Part shown: piece after piece, positions 59,045 through 64,000 of the stretch
Layout of the letters: every line of letters begins with the position of its first letter
How positions within the stretch are numbered: the stretch's first letter is position 1
DNA from: Geopsychrobacteraceae bacterium
GTDB taxonomy: Bacteria > Desulfobacterota > Desulfuromonadia > Desulfuromonadales > Geopsychrobacteraceae
Length of the DNA stretch: 64,000 bases
Assembly (NCBI GenBank): GCA_963662315.1
Contig: OY759353.1
Coordinates: forward strand, 640,001 to 704,000
Direction: 5' to 3'
Position numbers and translations under genes: made by a program
The notes under the pieces: generated by a model
What the model was told of the DNA's origin: nothing
Databases searched by the model: none
The model's input: only the letters and a program-made list of their open reading frames with translations

Positions 59045-59513
59045 GACTTTCCCTTAAAATAAGCCGCTCGTTATCCTCTTCACTCATGGTGTACCAGCGG
59101 CAGGTTCTCAGAACACAAAGAGTGATTGACAGTTTGATTGAGTCTGAAACTGAGATATTGAATTTGATCATTTTGCAATTATCAAACTTGCAGACCTGAT
59201 CTGGTTCGATAAGAGATTCGTCGCAATGTGGACAGCGAACATCGGACAATTCTTCATCGTCGGCGACATTGATGGTACTTTCTCGATCGAGCACATTCAG
59301 ATAAGGAGTAACGCGACTGATGCCTTCTTGTCCCCTTTTATTGACAATACGAAACACTGCCTTTTCATTTTCGTTTAAAGCGGTTCCACAATGGGGACAA
59401 AAACAATTAAGGTAAGTATCTTTTTTGATACCGGTTCTTTCCATCAAAGGCTGGTTGCTCCCCAAGTCTTTCTCCCTGTGCGAGACGAACTTTTCTGAAT
59501 CGTTATTTCTCAT
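59034..59513 (-). CDS. Cys-rich hypothetical protein heading the rnf operon
   Basis: Two CPHC motifs plus CKFDNC and CVLRTC; GAGGA RBS; overlaps the cytochrome start by 11 bp. Confidence 0.75.
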   Translation of the reverse strand: MRNNDSEKFVSHREKDLGSNQPLMERTGIKKDTYLNCFCPHCGTALNENEKAVFRIVNKRGQEGISRVTPYLNVLDRESTINVADDEELSDVRCPHCDESLIEPDQVCKFDNCKMIKFNISVSDSIKLSITLCVLRTCRWYTMSEEDNERLILRESHEW

Positions 59514-60366
59514 ATGTCCATCCTCTAAATGGTATGTCCTATTAATAAGAATAGATTGCCTGCGAGAAAAGCAATGTTTTACTCAAAGCAATATATATTA
59601 GTTTTCTGTTAAGTGTTTTGCTTGACCATGCTGGGATCATATTAGTGCTATGATTTGATCGACGATGAGTTAATCTCGATATATCAGAGTGCTGCAGATC
59701 GTAGACAGGAAAAGTCGTTTAAGTCTTTTAATTGATAAACTAATGTTCTATTTCACCCTAAATAAACTAAATTCGTTATGTGCGGACGCTGCATTTCGAT
59801 TACGAAGAATTAAATCATCTTTGATATCATTCATGAGGAGTGCGACATTGATAATGGATTGATCCAAAAAAGTCAACTCATGGCAAATAAGAAATATGAA
59901 TTTCAGGTACTTTTTCAATAAGAAAAATATAATAATTTAACATATAGGATAAAATTACTGATTTGCGATTAAACTGGCAGTTTGTATACCATATGGCGCA
60001 TTGATCTACCTCTGATTGCAGCTATTAGGCGCTATATGTCCTGAGCCAGGCAAGAAATCTTTGCTGAGGGATGGCGCATATAAACATCCTGAAGCTATTG
60101 AAAAACAACAATAATCCTTTCATGGACGAATATCTGCCGCTAACCTCTTTAATACCGCCCGTTAAGGAATTTGCCCCTGTTTTATCGATTAGGTTCAGGC
60201 TATAGGTACATACACACGGTTTTATACCAGACCCCAATATGAAATACCTCAAACACTTGAGTGTTGGGTTCAGCGTTATGTGACAGTGCTTCCGGGTTGC
60301 TGATTTTCCTTCTGGGTAGCTGTCATGACTGTTTAACTCATTCACCTTTGTAGAGGAGAAAAAAAC

Positions 60367-60513
60367 ATGTTAGACGTGCTTTTTCATATCGTTTTCGCGA
60401 TCTTTGTATTTTCAGGCGTGGTCCTGTTTCCTGCGTTTGCCTGGCTGAAAAAACATGATGCTGACGATACGGCCGACTGTCAGCACAGTATGATAAACAG
60501 TCATTCAATGTAA
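60367..60513 (+). CDS. Unannotated 48-aa single-TM small protein
   Basis: GAGGAG RBS; MLDVLFHIVFAIFVFSGVVLFPAFAWLKKHDADDTADCQHSMINSHSM*; followed by its own terminator. Confidence 0.65.
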   Translation: MLDVLFHIVFAIFVFSGVVLFPAFAWLKKHDADDTADCQHSMINSHSM

Positions 60514-60572
60514 GTGCTGAAATATAGAATCTTTATTGCTTATCCGCCGTACCGTGGGGCCTCTCAATTTTG

Positions 60573-60613
60573 AATAGCAGGCTTCTTGACTCTCGAGAAG
60601 TCTGCTATTTCTT
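60573..60613 (+). terminator. Terminator after the small ORF
   Basis: AATAGCAGGCTTCTTGA/TCGAGAAGTCTGCTATT stem. Confidence 0.72.
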
Positions 60614-60867
60614 ACCTGGACAATTTGTGAAAAGATGGCACTGGTCTTCAGTCTATTGTTATGCCATTAGCATTATTGCCATTCCCGTCATAATTTTCTG
60701 TTTCCTGCTATTGATTTTGATTATTGCTGTCTGACACGTTTTCCGATGCCTTGACTAATAGCCAGAATGATGTAGATTTCTGGTTTAATTCGACCTTCAC
60801 AGGCTCGTCTAAAAGTTCTATTACTTTCGAAAAAAAATCACTTATCTGCATTATGGAGAATATAGCG

Positions 60868-61851
60868 ATGAAATTGTTTTTGTATTGTTTTCGTGATTTT
60901 GACGAAAAGGCACAATTCGATTCTTTGCAAGAGATCAATGATTTTACCTATGCTGCGACCAGTGCTTATCCTGACTTTGACAATGCAGAACTGGCCGCTG
61001 GTTTCGACGCTATCAGCACAACCCCGACCAGACTTGACCGAGCGCTGCTTGAAAAGTTTCATTCTCTCGGTGTTCGTTTTATTCTTAACCGCAGCATCGG
61101 TGTTGATCATGTTGATCTTGATGCTGCCAGGAGACTCGGGATGCGGGTCGGTAAAGTGAGCTACGGGCCACAGACCGTTGCTAATTACGCGATTATGCTG
61201 ATGATGATGTGTTTGCGTAATATGCGGCAGATTACCGAGCAGGCGGCGTTACAGAATTTCACACTAAAAGGAAAGGTTGGCCGTGATATCAGTTCCTGTA
61301 CCATAGGGGTGATCGGTACCGGGCAGATCGGAGCCACGGTTGTGCGCCATCTGCAATCCTTTGGTTGTCGTGTCTTGGCCTATGATTGTTACATAAATCC
61401 AGCGCTTGAGCGTTTATGTGACTATGTTGATCTTGATGAACTATTTAAAGAATCTGATGTCATCACCTTGCATATTCCATCTGATGACTCAAATTTTCAC
61501 TTGCTTAATAGTCACGCTTTTAATCAGATGAAAAAGGGTGTGGTCGTTGTCAATACCGCACGAGGGCCTTTGATTGATACGGATGCCCTGATTGTGGCTT
61601 TGGAAAACGGTAAAGTCTCTGGTGCGGCTTTAGATGTTCTTGAGGATGAAAATGGTCTTTATTATCACAACCGCATGGGAGAGTGTATTGCCAACCGGCA
61701 GATGGCTCAATTAAAAGCCTTTCCCAATGTGATTCTGTCTCCTCACACAGCTTTTTATTCTAATGACGTTGTCCGCAGTATGGCTGAACACACAATAAGA
61801 AATCTTTTCGATATGGCGGCAGGAAGAGAGAATCCTCTGATTGTTACCTGA
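60868..61851 (+). CDS. D-lactate dehydrogenase-like D-2-hydroxyacid dehydrogenase
   Basis: RSIGVDHVD, GTGQIG, NTARG, AALDVLEDE and SPHTAFY. Confidence 0.9.
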   Translation: MKLFLYCFRDFDEKAQFDSLQEINDFTYAATSAYPDFDNAELAAGFDAISTTPTRLDRALLEKFHSLGVRFILNRSIGVDHVDLDAARRLGMRVGKVSYGPQTVANYAIMLMMMCLRNMRQITEQAALQNFTLKGKVGRDISSCTIGVIGTGQIGATVVRHLQSFGCRVLAYDCYINPALERLCDYVDLDELFKESDVITLHIPSDDSNFHLLNSHAFNQMKKGVVVVNTARGPLIDTDALIVALENGKVSGAALDVLEDENGLYYHNRMGECIANRQMAQLKAFPNVILSPHTAFYSNDVVRSMAEHTIRNLFDMAAGRENPLIVT

Positions 61852-62120
61852 CGGGATGGGACAGTCAGCGACATTACCTTTGTTCCCTCACTAGCATTGT
61901 CCTTATCCTGTCCCTAAAGTGGGGCAACCTGATGCCGTTTAACGGTTCACATCCAGCCGGGTCTTTATTATCAAGTTAAAGTGTTTCTCTGCTCTATTGC
62001 AAGGCGAGTTATTACTTTGATGTTCTGTTGTGTATATGCACAGTCAAACACTGCGGCGATGGGGTGATATTTTTGCAAGACGGCACGTATAATTTATTGA
62101 ATAAGCGGGTATAGTTTAAA

Positions 62121-62240
62121 CCATCAGCTTCCTGGTGTGGCAGTCAGGCTGCTGACAAGAAAGAAACATCATACCTCCTTACAGCTTTTTTTGAGCCGTA
62201 CGTCGTTACTACCTCCCTCGACTGCGGCTCTATTTTTTTC
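62121..62240 (+). ncRNA. Candidate small RNA with two anti-Shine-Dalgarno motifs
   Basis: 5' hairpin (62124-62155), single-stranded ATACCTCCTT, then terminator stem GAGCCGTA-c-GTCG/CGAC-TGCGGCTC with TACCTCCCT in the loop and a T run. Confidence 0.5.
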
Positions 62241-62393
62241 ATTAATCCAGTTTTAGTCTGCTCCGCTCAGTTGCCATATATTGCTAGTTGCTTTACATTA
62301 TCTTGTATAAAAAGCACTAAATGATCCCCGATTTAAAAGAGAATTATTGTTAAATTGTTGGCAAAGTCATTCTTTGCCAAGGAGGCCATTAAA

Positions 62394-63374
62394 TTGATTC
62401 CCGGTTTTATAACTGGTCGACGCCGTTTTTCTGATTTGTCAGAACAGGAAATACTGGCCCTGGCCATTTCCAATGAAGAAGATGACGCACGCATTTATCG
62501 ACAGTATGCTGAACGGTTACGCCAAGAGTTCCCCGCTTCAGCTAAAATTTTCGACGATATGGCTGAAGAGGAGGATAGCCACCGGCGACATTTGATAGAT
62601 GCGCATAAAAAACGTTTTGGTGAAGTTATTCCTTTAATCAGGCGTGAGCATGTATCCGGATATTATGCACGGAAACCTGTCTGGCTGATTGAAAATCTTG
62701 GGCTTGACCGTATCCGCCAGGAAGCCAGTGAAATGGAACGTCAGGCCGAGCAGTTTTATCGCAAGGCCGCATTACGCACCAGCGATGCCGATGTGCGAAA
62801 ATTGCTCGGCGACCTTGCTGCTGCAGAAGCAGGTCATAACCACCTTGCCAATGGACTAGAAGATAAGCATCTGAGTGAAGAAGACCGTCACGAAGAAGAT
62901 CGTAACGCTCATCGGCAGTTTGTATTGACCTGGGTGCAGCCTGGTCTGGCGGGCTTGATGGATGGTTCGGTATCAACCCTGGCTCCCATATTTGCGACGG
63001 CATTTGCGACCCACAACACTCATACCACCTTTCTGGTTGGGCTTGCGGCAAGTATTGGTGCCGGTATTTCCATGGGGTTTACTGAAGCAGCTTCCGATGA
63101 TGGCGAGCTGTCGGGACGTGGCAGCCCATTTAAGCGTGGTCTGTCTGCGGGTGTGATGACGGCTCTTGGTGGACTCGGTCATGCTTTCCCCTATCTGATT
63201 CCCCATTTCTGGACGGCAACCTTTATTGCTTTTGCCCTGGTTTTTATCGAACTTTGGACCATTGCATGGATTCAAAACAAATATATGGAAACCCCTTTCT
63301 GGCGGGCCGCATTCCAGGTTGTTCTTGGTGGAGCCCTCGTCTTTGCTGCCGGCGCGATTATTGGTGGCGGCTGA
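62394..63374 (+). CDS. mbfA: MbfA-type iron exporter (rubrerythrin-VIT1/CCC1 fusion)
   Basis: LSEQEILALAISNEEDD, EEDSH, QPGLAGLMDGSVSTLAP and GISMGFTEA. AAGGAGG precedes TTG 62394. Confidence 0.9.
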   Translation: MIPGFITGRRRFSDLSEQEILALAISNEEDDARIYRQYAERLRQEFPASAKIFDDMAEEEDSHRRHLIDAHKKRFGEVIPLIRREHVSGYYARKPVWLIENLGLDRIRQEASEMERQAEQFYRKAALRTSDADVRKLLGDLAAAEAGHNHLANGLEDKHLSEEDRHEEDRNAHRQFVLTWVQPGLAGLMDGSVSTLAPIFATAFATHNTHTTFLVGLAASIGAGISMGFTEAASDDGELSGRGSPFKRGLSAGVMTALGGLGHAFPYLIPHFWTATFIAFALVFIELWTIAWIQNKYMETPFWRAAFQVVLGGALVFAAGAIIGGG

Positions 63375-63568
63375 TTATTAAATTGGTAGACAGTGGGGGG
63401 GCTGATCATTTTACGCTCCCCACGTATTGCCGTTTATCACGACACCAACAGTCGGTGATTAGCGCATTTGCTGATCGCGTCTTTACGTTGACGATTCATC
63501 TTTATCAGGGTATTGATGGTGCTGATTCCATATTTATTCGATTAGGATTTCAATAAAGGAGTAAGCAC

Positions 63569-64000
63569 ATGAACGTTCTTATGGTTAACGGCAGCCCTCA
63601 TGAAGAAGGGTGTACCTATACGGCATTGTCAGAAATAGCGGCAGAACTGAAAATACATGGTATCAGCAGTGATATTCTGCATATCGGCAGTGAAGGCATT
63701 AAAGGCTGCAAGGCCTGCAATGTCTGCTCGCAGACTGGCTATTGCGTTTATAAAGATGATAAGGTCAATGAATGTATTGATCTTCTGAAGCACGCTGATG
63801 GTTTTATTGTCGGATCTCCTGTCTATTTTGCCGGCCCTAATGCGTCCTGCTGTGCATTTCTGGACCGAGTGTTTTATCTTAAAGCTGACAACTATGCATT
63901 CAAACCTGCTGCGGCCATTACCAGTAGTCGCCGTGCCGGTAGTAGTGCATCATTTGATCGTTTAAATAAATATTTCACTTTTGCCCAGATGCCCATTGTC
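63569..64000 (+). CDS. Flavodoxin-family iron-sulfur flavoprotein (Isf-like); 3'-truncated by the window edge
   Basis: AAGGAG RBS; NGSPH..GCT, CKACNVCSQTGYC (Cx2Cx2Cx5C), GSPVYFAG and RRAG. Confidence 0.9.
   Translation, partial: MNVLMVNGSPHEEGCTYTALSEIAAELKIHGISSDILHIGSEGIKGCKACNVCSQTGYCVYKDDKVNECIDLLKHADGFIVGSPVYFAGPNASCCAFLDRVFYLKADNYAFKPAAAITSSRRAGSSASFDRLNKYFTFAQMPIV

Noticed and set aside
60040..60100. c-di-GMP-I riboswitch near GGCAAGAAATCTTTGC
   Set aside because: It lacks the GGCAAACC...GAAA...GGACGCAAAGC architecture.
61909..61932. IS-end-like TGTCCCTAAAGTGGGGCAACCTGA
   Set aside because: There is no partner IR or transposase trace; it may be just a short hairpin.
62116..62172. 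18-aa minus-strand ORF MMFLSCQQPDCHTRKLMV after AAGGAGGT
   Set aside because: The SD is only 0-3 nt from the ATGs, and the terminator polarity favours a plus-strand RNA.

Overview
This window looks like Desulfuromonadales-type deltaproteobacterial DNA; that is inferred from gene content and was not searched. (1) 1-20.5 kb is a contiguous PUFA-synthase plus olefin cluster: pfaD (5'-truncated), pfaA (5 ACPs), pfaBC, oleABCD and a PPTase. (2) 20.6-36.5 kb is mostly core genes: PQQ-type dehydrogenase, tRNA-Cys, TauE, AmrB, gltX, PilZ, a TetR-TolC-RND operon with two operators, aspC, tRNA-Gln, a TPR protein, a probable CC-adding nucleotidyltransferase and tRNA-Gly. (3) 36.6-45.3 kb is an accessory, decaying region right after tRNA-Gly. 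It holds an ISL3 with a duplicated end, two broken RAYT-like tyrosine transposases (one inside 25-bp inverted repeats), a sigma54-driven PEP-CTERM gene, IS3 and IS256 remnants, an orphan DUF2064 gene, a GGDEF protein, and an epimerase fragment coupled to an unknown GT-B-like protein. (4) 45.3-52 kb has AlsT, NhaC, Bcp, a ferritin-like protein and RarA. (5) 52.1-59.5 kb is an atypical Rnf operon: an unknown Cys-rich lead gene, an octaheme cytochrome, RnfC lacking the usual FMN/NADH motifs, RnfD lacking the FMN-Thr motif, and RnfB fused to a GltD/NfnB-like module. (6) The end has an unannotated 48-aa membrane peptide, a D-2-hydroxyacid dehydrogenase, a candidate anti-SD sRNA, mbfA and a partial iron-sulfur flavoprotein. 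The best leads are the rewired Rnf complex, the IR-flanked RAYT unit, the candidate sRNA and the GT-B-like orphan. No CRISPR array, rRNA or reverse transcriptase was seen.
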